Assembly: GCA_024274695.1 (NCBI GenBank)
Contig: JAJSAI010000004.1
Span: forward strand, 1 to 27,053
Length of the DNA stretch: 27,053 nucleotides
Reading direction: 5' to 3'
From: an archaeon
GTDB lineage: Archaea > B1Sed10-29 > JAJSAI01
The notes below the pieces were generated by a model. The model was not told where the DNA came from and did no database searches. It was given only the letters and a program-made list of their open reading frames with translations. Every line of letters starts with the position of its first letter. Position 1 is the first letter of the stretch. The position numbers and the translations under genes are program-made. Shown one piece after another: positions 1 to 8,464 of the stretch.

Positions 1-79
1 ACCATAAAAGGAAAACAAGTTTAAAAAACGTTCGCTTGCAGGCCGAAAACAGCAAAACAAAGCATAATCGCGGGAAAAG

Positions 80-124
80 TAAACCTTTTCCTGGTTTATT
101 CTGGTTGCATAAAAGGTTTAAATA
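80..124 (+). promoter_or_regulatory. Palindromic operator copy 1 (TAAACC-ttttcct-GGTTTA, 80-98), GTTGCA box and TATA box TTTAAATA (117-124) of the large secreted gene
   Basis: Inverted repeat with 7-nt spacer. The same motif recurs at 5233-5251(-), 10165, 10862 and 13142. The TATA box ends ~20 nt before ATG 145, consistent with a leaderless transcript. Confidence 0.75.
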
Positions 125-144
125 ATGCTCTCGCGTTATAACAC

Positions 145-3100
145 ATGCGCGCAAGAAACCTCACACTCACAATCATAACACTCACACTGATTCTGACCAC
201 CGGGCTCGCGCAAGAAGAGCCATGGTGGAACACACAGTACCAGTGCAGGGCCAAAATAGAAAATGTACAACCAGGAGACAACCACATCACACCATTCGTC
301 GACCTAGACTATCTTGCCACGCTCTGCAACATCACCAAAGTCCGCTCCTGGACAATCATACAAAACGGAAAACAACTCCCCACCTACTCCTACGGACCAG
401 ACCAAGAAAAAACCATAATATTCACGACCACACCAGAACAAAACACCATAAGCAAACACTGGAGCGTGACCAACCGCACCGGAGGAAAAGGAAAAGACAA
501 AGCAAGCATACCTTACAAAACAACCAACCAAAACGGCACGCTAACCATAACAACAGCACAAACAGCATCAGACTGGACAACATACTACCCACAAACCTAC
601 GCACAATACACGATAACCAAAAACATGTACCTCCCCAAACCAAAACAAATACAAAAAATAACGCTCACAATAGAACACCAGCAACCCAGACTAACAGCAT
701 CAGACACATCAATAAGAATCAACGGAAAAAGAGTATACAAGAAACACCTAGACGAGTACACCACACAAAAAACACTCATTATAAGCATACCCACAGAATA
801 CCTCAAGAAGGGAAACAACCAAATAACAATAACAATCAAGCACACCAATTTTCTGGACTTATACCGTGGAGGAATAACAGTCTACCAAAAAACAACCATC
901 CACAACCCCATAATAATCACAAAAAACAACCAAACTGTCACACCACCCACAACAACACCCAAAATAGGAAACCACTGGAACACCCAAAACCAAACAGGCA
1001 AAGACCCCTCCAGACCACACGCACTACTATCATCCCACCCCAAAAAAATAACCCAAAAAAACGGGACAATAACCATAACAACCGACCACCGCGGCTACTA
1101 CGACGGCAGCGAGGCATCAGCCATAGGAACATCCTGGGCAAAATACACACTAACACAAAACATATACATCCCAGACATAACACAAATACAATACCTCAAC
1201 ATAGACTTCAACACCACCGGAGGATCACTCTGGCCATACAGCAAGCTCAAAACAAAAATCACAATATTCGTCAACAACAAAAGAGCATACCATAAAAAAG
1301 TAGAACAAACCACCCACTTCAAAGCCAAAATACCCTCCAAACACTTCAAAAACGGGCCCAACCAAATAACAATCAAAATAACACACGTCCAATACCGCCT
1401 CGTCAACAAACCCCAAACCACAACAATATACAACATAACATTCACCACCAAAAACCAAACCCAAAAAACAACAAACACCCAAACAACAGCCTGGCTATAC
1501 TACACAGACAAAAAACTACCCCCAGGACCAACATACCAGCCCAAAACAACCATAACACCACCCAGAGCACTCGACAAACTAACCGGGTACTACTACCCCT
1601 GCTTTTACTCAGTAGCAAGCGAAACACAAACAACCACCATAAGCCACTATGAAACAACAACAGCAATACACGTAAAAGGAAAACTAAGAGTACTCGGCGC
1701 CCACAAAGCGCACGTGTACGTAACAACACCAACCAAAACCAAAGAGATATTCAGCAGAATGTACGCACCACTCATCACATTCCACAGAAAGCTTTCCCCA
1801 GAAACAGGAGAAAACCCAAAAGACTACATCACCCAACACAAACACATAACAGTAAAAGTAAGATACACCTCCAGTTGCTACATAGGAGGAGAAGCAGAAG
1901 TAAAAGAAATAACAGTATGGACAGAATACGTCCCATCCAACCCCACACAAATCACGAACATCGAAAAATACGCCCCAGTACCCCCCGCACCAACCAACCA
2001 AATCTTCCAACCAGCCCAAGGAACCAAACAAAAAAACAACCAAAAACCAGCCCAAGGAACCACAATCCCAATACTCCCCATCACAAGCGCAGCCGCAGCC
2101 GCGTACGCATACCACACCCTACTACGGAAAAAACAAGCACAACTAGACCAAAAAATACGCGCGCTCACACAAGCCTTCCGCCAAACAATAGCACAAAAAA
2201 CACGCCAACACCAGCGCGTGTCAGACGCAGACTACTCCAAGTTCTGGAAACAAATACGCGCCCTCAAGAACGCGTTCGCGTACTGGAAAAAATGGCTAGC
2301 GCCAGTACCAGAATGGCTGTACAAGCGCATGAACCCACACTCCAAAAACATATTCTACCGCCCACACTACATCAAACACAGGCTCAACCACCCAACCAAA
2401 TACGGAAAACCATACGCCAACCTCATACAACCAGACGGAACCACCAACACCAAACACATACAACAAACAATAAAACACATACAAAACACAACATACCCAC
2501 CAACCAAAACACACAAGCCAACAAAACCACACTGGCCCACCACAATACACACACCAAACAACACCTACCACATACTCACACCCATCACACCAAACACAAC
2601 ACAAATAATCATACAAAACACAAGAACAGGACAACTATACACACTCCCAATACAAACCAACCCCAAAAACAAGACCATAAAATACGACCTAAGGAACAAA
2701 AAAGAATACAAGTACAAGATCACCATCACACTACCAGACGGCAGCACAATCAAACACAACAACACCCAAGCACTACAACAATACCTAAAACAAAAAATCA
2801 CGCCAAACAACAAGATCAAAAACTACACCCAAACCCCCACAGCACTCACAATCACACTACAAGACAACACAACCATCACGCTCACCAAACCCAGCCAAGC
2901 ATTCCTAGAATGGTTCCAAAAAATACTCCAGTACCCAAGCAAATACCAAAACCACCCCTACAACAAGTTCACCCTATACTACCAAACAGCACAATGGCAA
3001 AAAGCAGCAACACTCCTCACCAGACACTGGCAACAAAAAGGAATCACGACCAGTATGACAACACAAGAAACCACCCAAAGACTACAAATGCTCGACAAAC

Positions 3101-4113
3101 TCACCCCGAACCTAAAACAAATCTGGAACAACCCCACCACCCTCCAACAACTCACACAACAAGAATGGAAACAAACACACACAACAAAAGAAGAAAACAA
3201 AGAAAACGGCCCAAGAGAAGAATTCAGACAAAAACTTAACGCCAAACAAGCAAGCCTAAAAGAATACCAGGAATACCTGAACACCGTAGAAAAAATCTAC
3301 GGGACAAAATACGCGTCAAAAGTAACAATAAAAGTAGACGCAAACACCACAGCACTCGAAGGCATAAAAATAAGAATATGGAACAGATACACACAAACAA
3401 CAATACTAGACACAACAGGCCACTTCACCAAAGAACTGCCACAAGAAGGAAAAACCGTGCCACCAGACAGCACACAACAATTCATACTACCACCCGGAAC
3501 ATACAACATACAAATAGACGCCCCAAGACACGCCAGCCAAATACACCAAATAACAATACTAGACGGAGAACACACCACAATAACAACCAAACTAAAAGAA
3601 CTCTACCCACCACCAAGAACCAACACACCCCTAGACCCAATAATAGACCTCATAAGCGGAAGAAGACCAATACAAAAACAACTAAGAATAGAACAACAAA
3701 CAAACTGGCTAGCAGACAACCTCGGACAAGACCCCCTCGGAACAGGAAGAAAAACCATAATCATATGGCCAGGAACCGAAACAATAATAACAAAACATAT
3801 CATAGTCAACGGAAAGACATACAAACTCACTGAAAAAAGTTTGTATCATCTAATGAAAGAACTGCGGGGACCAAGACCCTTAAAAAACGGGGAACCTAAT
3901 ACGAGATTAAACCAGATAAAGATGCTATTCAACGTAAAGACGGATGAAGAAGTTCTGGAATTAATTCAAAAAACTCTAAAATCCGGGAAGATAATAAAGA
4001 AAGACCCTCAAACAGTCAATTTCAAAATGATTATCAACGGAAAAGAGTTTATCGTTGGAGTAGACCCCACACAAAACGTAATAAAAACAGTAATAGGCAA
4101 GGCGATCCGATGA
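145..4113 (+). CDS. Large secreted/surface protein (1322 aa), probable polymorphic toxin with C-terminal RNase-like tip
   Basis: N-terminal signal peptide (MRARNLTLTIITLTLILTTGLA-QEE). WWNTQYQCRAKI resembles the DUF2341-type N-terminal motif. Two internal repeated beta-rich domains, a central hydrophobic segment ending in RKK, and a PEGA-like segment (LPPGTYNIQIDAPRHASQIHQITILDGEHTTITTKL). The last ~105 aa have different nucleotide composition and an alpha/beta RNase-toxin-like pattern. ATGA overlap with the next gene. Confidence 0.7.
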   Translation: MRARNLTLTIITLTLILTTGLAQEEPWWNTQYQCRAKIENVQPGDNHITPFVDLDYLATLCNITKVRSWTIIQNGKQLPTYSYGPDQEKTIIFTTTPEQNTISKHWSVTNRTGGKGKDKASIPYKTTNQNGTLTITTAQTASDWTTYYPQTYAQYTITKNMYLPKPKQIQKITLTIEHQQPRLTASDTSIRINGKRVYKKHLDEYTTQKTLIISIPTEYLKKGNNQITITIKHTNFLDLYRGGITVYQKTTIHNPIIITKNNQTVTPPTTTPKIGNHWNTQNQTGKDPSRPHALLSSHPKKITQKNGTITITTDHRGYYDGSEASAIGTSWAKYTLTQNIYIPDITQIQYLNIDFNTTGGSLWPYSKLKTKITIFVNNKRAYHKKVEQTTHFKAKIPSKHFKNGPNQITIKITHVQYRLVNKPQTTTIYNITFTTKNQTQKTTNTQTTAWLYYTDKKLPPGPTYQPKTTITPPRALDKLTGYYYPCFYSVASETQTTTISHYETTTAIHVKGKLRVLGAHKAHVYVTTPTKTKEIFSRMYAPLITFHRKLSPETGENPKDYITQHKHITVKVRYTSSCYIGGEAEVKEITVWTEYVPSNPTQITNIEKYAPVPPAPTNQIFQPAQGTKQKNNQKPAQGTTIPILPITSAAAAAYAYHTLLRKKQAQLDQKIRALTQAFRQTIAQKTRQHQRVSDADYSKFWKQIRALKNAFAYWKKWLAPVPEWLYKRMNPHSKNIFYRPHYIKHRLNHPTKYGKPYANLIQPDGTTNTKHIQQTIKHIQNTTYPPTKTHKPTKPHWPTTIHTPNNTYHILTPITPNTTQIIIQNTRTGQLYTLPIQTNPKNKTIKYDLRNKKEYKYKITITLPDGSTIKHNNTQALQQYLKQKITPNNKIKNYTQTPTALTITLQDNTTITLTKPSQAFLEWFQKILQYPSKYQNHPYNKFTLYYQTAQWQKAATLLTRHWQQKGITTSMTTQETTQRLQMLDKLTPNLKQIWNNPTTLQQLTQQEWKQTHTTKEENKENGPREEFRQKLNAKQASLKEYQEYLNTVEKIYGTKYASKVTIKVDANTTALEGIKIRIWNRYTQTTILDTTGHFTKELPQEGKTVPPDSTQQFILPPGTYNIQIDAPRHASQIHQITILDGEHTTITTKLKELYPPPRTNTPLDPIIDLISGRRPIQKQLRIEQQTNWLADNLGQDPLGTGRKTIIIWPGTETIITKHIIVNGKTYKLTEKSLYHLMKELRGPRPLKNGEPNTRLNQIKMLFNVKTDEEVLELIQKTLKSGKIIKKDPQTVNFKMIINGKEFIVGVDPTQNVIKTVIGKAIR
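454..1460 (+). repeat. Tandem duplicated ~165-aa domain inside the large protein (~454-930 and ~970-1460)
   Basis: Aligned motifs: HWxxxNxTG, QNGTLTITT/KNGTITITT, YAQYTITKNMYLP/WAKYTLTQNIYIP, INGKRVYKK/VNNKRAYHKK, IPTEYLKKGNNQITITIKH/IPSKHFKNGPNQITIKITH. Confidence 0.8.
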
Positions 4114-4502
4114 AAAAGACCCAAAATCAAACAGAACTAAGAAGGATTATCAGACAAATAAAACTATTAGAAACCGATGAAAAAACAAGAACAGAAAAAT
4201 GCTTCGACGATCCTGCAATAATCGCACTTTCACTACGTGACGCGTACGCCTGCCTAGGAGAACTATACCTAAAAGAAGCAGACATCAAACAAGCAATAAA
4301 CGCGTTCAAGAAAGCAAAAGAAAACGACCTCAAATTCATAAAATCAGAATTCTCATACGACCCAGAATACTTAAAAAAACAAATAAAATCCACACAGGCC
4401 TACTGGAACGAAAAAATAAACAAACTCACACAAAAGGAAGTGCTCCATCCCCACCAACACAGAAGAAAAAACCACAGCAAACAACCAAAGAAAGCCTCTT
4501 AG
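4110..4502 (+). CDS. Small TPR-like helical protein, candidate immunity protein
   Basis: Start overlaps the toxin-gene stop (ATGA). TPR-like motif AYACLGELYLKEADIKQAINAFKKA. Confidence 0.6.
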   Translation: MKKTQNQTELRRIIRQIKLLETDEKTRTEKCFDDPAIIALSLRDAYACLGELYLKEADIKQAINAFKKAKENDLKFIKSEFSYDPEYLKKQIKSTQAYWNEKINKLTQKEVLHPHQHRRKNHSKQPKKAS

Positions 4503-4569
4503 ACCCCGATAAAATAGCCATCACAACAGTATACAAAACAACCAAACTAGGCAAAAATTGGGTGAGAAT

Positions 4570-5016
4570 ATGGTAAAAGTAATGATAATGAACGAACCAG
4601 AAAAAGAGAGATTCACACTAATACTATTAAACAACAAAAAATACAAAGAAACACCCATCAATGACATAGTCCTCATAAGCATAGACACAGACAACGAATT
4701 GAAAGACATAGAAATACCCTACAATCTCAACAATTGCATAGGTCAAAACATACCAAAACCACCCGAGAAAACAACAAAAGACCCAAAAATAAAACTCCCC
4801 TCAGAAACACAAGAAGGAGTACTCTACGACCCGCAGGAACACACGATATACATACAACTAACACCCCAAACAGAACAAAAAATACAAATAAACAAAATGA
4901 TAACTCTAGGCAAAAACCAAAAAAAAGAACTTTCAGCTATATGGATCAAACTCCCAAAAGAGGTAAACCAAAAAATCTACCACAACCAAAAATTCTTACA
5001 AAAAATAGAACTCTGA
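4570..5016 (+). CDS. Tandem DUF2283-like protein, candidate antitoxin/immunity protein
   Basis: GGTGA RBS at 4561-4565 before ATG 4570. Two DUF2283-like halves: DIVLISIDTDNELKDIEIP and YDPQEHTIYIQL...ITLGKNQKKELSAIWI. Confidence 0.6.
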   Translation: MVKVMIMNEPEKERFTLILLNNKKYKETPINDIVLISIDTDNELKDIEIPYNLNNCIGQNIPKPPEKTTKDPKIKLPSETQEGVLYDPQEHTIYIQLTPQTEQKIQINKMITLGKNQKKELSAIWIKLPKEVNQKIYHNQKFLQKIEL

Positions 5017-5029
5017 CAAGAAATTCTTT

Positions 5030-5117
5030 AAAATCCAAAACAAACTACTACTATGATCCAACACAAGACATTCTAACAATTCCAGGACCAGCCAAACCCA
5101 CAAAATACGCATTCTGA
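5030..5117 (+). pseudogene. Fragment of another DUF2283-like gene
   Basis: Reads KSKTNYYYDPTQDILTIP, matching the YDPxxDxLxI start of DUF2283. There is no start codon, and it stops after a few more codons. Confidence 0.4.
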
Positions 5118-5187
5118 AAAAAGAAGAAAGAGAGGGAGAGAGCTCACCCGGCGCTCCCTGGAGAAAAGGAGAGCCTCTACGCTCGCA
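5117..5187 (-). ncRNA. Candidate ~70-nt small RNA
   Basis: A complete minus-strand promoter (operator, GTTGCA, TTTTTATT) points into a non-coding stretch GCGAGCGUAGAG-GCUCUC-cuuuucucca-GGGAGC-GCCGGGUGAGCUCUCUCCCUCUC. The stretch has a hairpin and ends in a U-rich tract CUUUCUUCUUUUUU. Confidence 0.45.
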
Positions 5188-5208
5188 AGAAAAACCCCGA
5201 ATCCTGGG

Positions 5209-5251
5209 AATAAAAAGCTTTTGCAACAAGAACAAACCAAACAAGAGTTTA
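5209..5251 (-). promoter_or_regulatory. Operator copy 2 and promoter on the minus strand; the operator also abuts the TATA box of the first TrmB gene
   Basis: Minus strand reads TAAACT-cttgttt-GGTTTG-ttcttGTTGCA-aaagc-TTTTTATT, nearly colinear with the 13142 promoter. The plus-strand TATA TTTTATATA (5253-5261) starts 2 nt from the operator. Confidence 0.65.
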
Positions 5252-5283
5252 GTTTTATATACTCCGCAGTCCCTTTCTGGATT

Positions 5284-6137
5284 ATGGGCTCCCTGGAGAA
5301 CGCCCTGAAAAGGCAGGGCTGACCGACTACGAGGTCAGGATCCTGTCAAGCCTCTCAAAGTATCCTGAGGGCCTCACCGCGGAAGAACTGTCCAAGATTG
5401 CGAGAGTGCCCCACGCCAAGATCTATTCTGTGCTGAACGGGCTGGCCAGGCACTCTCTCCTGCACTCTGACGAGAGCAGGCCCAAAAAGTACTATCCCCT
5501 GCCGGCAGACGCTCTCGCCGACGCGCTCATAAGACCGAGGAAAACCGAGCTAGACCAGATCCGGGAATCAGTGCTCGCAGCACTCTCCCCAGAACCCGGA
5601 CTCAAGCCCAACGTAAAAGCCCTGCACAGCAAAGAAGAAGTCTGGAGGAACGTGTACGCGATCCTCTCCGGAGCGAAAAGGAACATAAGAGCAATAAGCA
5701 TTGCCAAAATGTACGAGAAGTCAATGCTCATGCCAGACCTGATGAAACTAGGCACCAGGATATGCAATAACAAGGGCATCACGTTCAGGATACTCTCGAC
5801 AGAGTCACTGATGAAGATCCCGTTGTCAAAACTACCGTACGAAGCAGTAGAATTCTTGGCCAACCCAAGAGAGTCCAGCAGAGTCCTACCGGATGACATG
5901 CTACGCACTGACGTGCTGATCGCTGACGGAGAGAAAGCGGAAATACCCGCGATAGACCCTGAAACCCATGAGTACGTCTCGGGAGTGCTCATAGAAGGCA
6001 GGGAACTCGTGGCCCCGTTCGTGGCATACTTCGAGGACTTGTGGGAAAAAGCAGTCCCGATAGAAGACCAGGTAAGGAAAATGGCCAAAGAAGAGTTGAA
6101 AAGGAGAGGCATAAAGACTACTTTTTCCCGGTACTAG
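5284..6137 (+). pseudogene. TrmB-family transcriptional regulator 1, with a -1 frameshift at the A-run 5308-5311
   Basis: ATG 5284 gives MGSLENALK and then TGA at 5320. The -1 frame from 5310 continues KAGLTDYEVRILSSLSKYPEGLTAEELSKIARVPHAKIYSVLNGL (TrmB wHTH) into ORF 5406-6137, whose C-terminal effector domain includes YFEDLWEKA. It is paralogous to 8465 and 9313. Confidence 0.75.
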
Positions 6138-7128
6138 CAAGATGATACTTAAGCAAGAGTTCTAATCCTTCCACATACTCTCTCAAGTCTACGGATTTTA
6201 CCTTTGGAGCTAGCTTGAGGATATTATTTCTATGCATTTCCCATTCTTCTAGAAGATTTTTCTCTACTTCATTCTTTTTGATCTTTTGTTTTATATCCTC
6301 AGCTATTTTAGGATCGGAAACGCTTTCTTCCAACTCAGAAGGCGTTATGATCCCCTCGCTTATGGCGTATCCAAAAACTCCTGAGGAAAAATCTGTTTCT
6401 TTCATTTCTCTTTCCCAGGTGCTCAACCAGTTCCCTATTCTTGCCATCTGCTGCCCTTTCCACACTGCTTCTCTTAACAAGGGAAGATCACTCATATCGA
6501 ACTCTGGAGAGAACATGAGGTCTATGTCTGCAAACAAGTAAAACATCATATTATGAGCCCCATAAATTTTGGTCTCGAGATAGTTAAGCATTTTAACATT
6601 TTTGTTGGCAGTATAGGCATAAAGGAACGTATTCCACGTCTGTTTCAAATCGAACATAAACATTTCTCTGAATTCTTCCCATCTAGGTGCTTTTGATAAA
6701 ATTTCTACTGTCTTCCTCCAAGACTCTATTTCTATCTTTACTCTGTGTTGATCTTGAGTCACAAGATCAGCTGGTATCTTAATTTTTTCAAAGGGGACTT
6801 TCAGCATTACATCAAGAAGCCTTTTATTTTTATGAACATCTGAAATGTCATCGGTTACAGTTACCGCAAAGATCAAAATACTTTTCGCCAATGCTGATGA
6901 GTAACGATTACTTTCTGGAACGCAAGAAAGCATAAACCCTGGTTTCCGAGCGTATGTGAGATCCCAACACCATTTCCATAAAAATAAGGGCCTCTCTCCA
7001 CCCATTTTCTCATAATCTTCGGCAAGTTCATGGATTTCAGGCGGAAGTTCTACCTCCATGACTTTCCGAATGAACTTATTGATTCCTTCATTTTTTATTT
7101 CAGACAAGATCTGCTCGTATTTCTTCAT
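6118..7128 (-). CDS. Class I terpene synthase/isoprenoid-synthase-fold protein
   Basis: Helical 336-aa protein with a DDxxD motif (DDISD, 6838-6852) and an NSE-like motif (RIGNWLSTWERE, ~6406-6440) at typical spacing. Translationally coupled to the FIST gene. Confidence 0.7.
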   Translation of the reverse strand: MKKYEQILSEIKNEGINKFIRKVMEVELPPEIHELAEDYEKMGGERPLFLWKWCWDLTYARKPGFMLSCVPESNRYSSALAKSILIFAVTVTDDISDVHKNKRLLDVMLKVPFEKIKIPADLVTQDQHRVKIEIESWRKTVEILSKAPRWEEFREMFMFDLKQTWNTFLYAYTANKNVKMLNYLETKIYGAHNMMFYLFADIDLMFSPEFDMSDLPLLREAVWKGQQMARIGNWLSTWEREMKETDFSSGVFGYAISEGIITPSELEESVSDPKIAEDIKQKIKKNEVEKNLLEEWEMHRNNILKLAPKVKSVDLREYVEGLELLLKYHLASTGKK

Positions 7129-8405
7129 TTTTCCACCGAAATCACGTTTGCAGAGTATACTCCCAATATCACTCTCTCTCCAGGCTTTTTAAAATAATTG
7201 TTCATAGGATATACCGCAAGATAAGGCAACCCATCAAAATATTTTTCATATTTTTCTCTTAGCATCCAAGATTTATGAGAAAGCATATTCAAACGTATTC
7301 CTGAAGAATAAACAAATGCGAAAGCTTTTTCATTTTCAAATTCTTTTAACAATTCATCTACAGATTCTAAGATTTCTTTTCCAGAAACAGACAGAAGTAC
7401 TCCTTTTCGTCCTAAAGCCCTGTATCCTAAAAGGAGCTCTTCTCCGTAAATAGCTCCAACTCCTGTTGTATAAGTAGGGTTATCTTCAAATCCTATAGGA
7501 AAATAATCTGAAGTCTTGTAATAAAAGGCGGGCTCTATTACTTTAAATCGTTCTTCTGAAATTTTTGATATCTCTTCCAAAAACTGCCTTTTTGCACTTT
7601 TTCCATTTATTGAGACAACTATTCTATCATCATACGCAGTTTCGGTTATTGTAAATTTTTTATCTGTAGGTTTAGCTCCAAGCGTCCAATTCATGTAAAC
7701 ATTCTTGTTTATTCCAAAAAGTAACAGTACCGCAGAATTTCTTAGGGGAGTTTCGTTCAAAAAGACATAATTATCGAGACAGCTATAATCATCAACAGAA
7801 GAACCCCCAAAGATGTAATAATTTTCAAAATATTTTGATAATTCAATAATAAACGTCTCTTCTTTTCCTACTCCCGTACCAAGCAGGGCAGATATTCGCA
7901 TGCCTATTCTTGACAAGATTTTTCCCAAGACTACCGAGTTCACATTATTCACAGTACCTACAAAAGGCACTCTTGGGATTATAGCTCCTGAAACGAATGC
8001 AAACAAAAGCTTATTTCTGTGAGTGATTTTATTCCCTTTTCTCTTTATCATCTTCGCGGCTTGTCTTGCGGCCTTCCGCGGGTTTCGTTTCACGTTCTTG
8101 CCTACTCCCACGGCCACCTGCATTTCCGGGTCCTGGACCGCCATGGCAGTGACTCCCCTGGTGAACACGCCGTCCTGGTTCATGAATCCTGCCACCGTGC
8201 CCCCAACCAGCGGCGCGTCAGGAAACTCTTTCTTGATCCCCTCCAGCATTGGCTTGAACTCTTCCTTGTGGTGGATCGTGGAGAACAATAGAATGAACTT
8301 GGGCTCGGGCGTCTCTCGCTTTATTTTTTCAGTAATCTCTCTCGCGATCTCTTCTCCCTTCCACTTCCTGCTCGTTGCCACGCAAACCTTCAGTTCTCCG
8401 CTCAT
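7125..8405 (-). CDS. FIST N/C-domain signal-sensing protein
   Basis: FIST_N motifs PKFILLFST...PDAPLVGGTVAG...GVTAMA, IFGGSSVDD, FTITET..RIVVSINGKSA and a FIST_C-like tail. Confidence 0.8.
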   Translation of the reverse strand: MSGELKVCVATSRKWKGEEIAREITEKIKRETPEPKFILLFSTIHHKEEFKPMLEGIKKEFPDAPLVGGTVAGFMNQDGVFTRGVTAMAVQDPEMQVAVGVGKNVKRNPRKAARQAAKMIKRKGNKITHRNKLLFAFVSGAIIPRVPFVGTVNNVNSVVLGKILSRIGMRISALLGTGVGKEETFIIELSKYFENYYIFGGSSVDDYSCLDNYVFLNETPLRNSAVLLLFGINKNVYMNWTLGAKPTDKKFTITETAYDDRIVVSINGKSAKRQFLEEISKISEERFKVIEPAFYYKTSDYFPIGFEDNPTYTTGVGAIYGEELLLGYRALGRKGVLLSVSGKEILESVDELLKEFENEKAFAFVYSSGIRLNMLSHKSWMLREKYEKYFDGLPYLAVYPMNNYFKKPGERVILGVYSANVISVEK

Positions 8406-8430
8406 CCTAATAAAAAAGAGGAAACCGGAG

Positions 8431-8440
8431 TATTTAAATA
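8431..8440. promoter_or_regulatory. Perfectly palindromic TATA box (TATTTAAATA) shared by the divergent FIST and TrmB2 genes
   Basis: Self-complementary 10-mer centred in a 59-bp intergenic gap, ~25 nt from ATG 8405(-) and from ATG 8465(+). Confidence 0.65.
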
Positions 8441-8464
8441 ATTTCAGCCCATTCTCTCTTTTTG

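Noticed and set aside
222-3833. Long alternative-frame ORFs (222-1295, 1875-3239, 3378-3833) and many V/L/C/F-rich minus-strand ORFs
   Set aside because: Shadows of the A/C-skewed gene: scarcity of T on the + strand removes stop codons. They are low-complexity and have no motifs or RBS.
4996-5112. Minus-strand hydrophobic mini-ORF (MRILWVWLVLELL...) as product of the orphan promoter
   Set aside because: It lies beyond the U-rich terminator-like tract, has no RBS, and its hydrophobicity is expected from the G/T-rich antisense strand.
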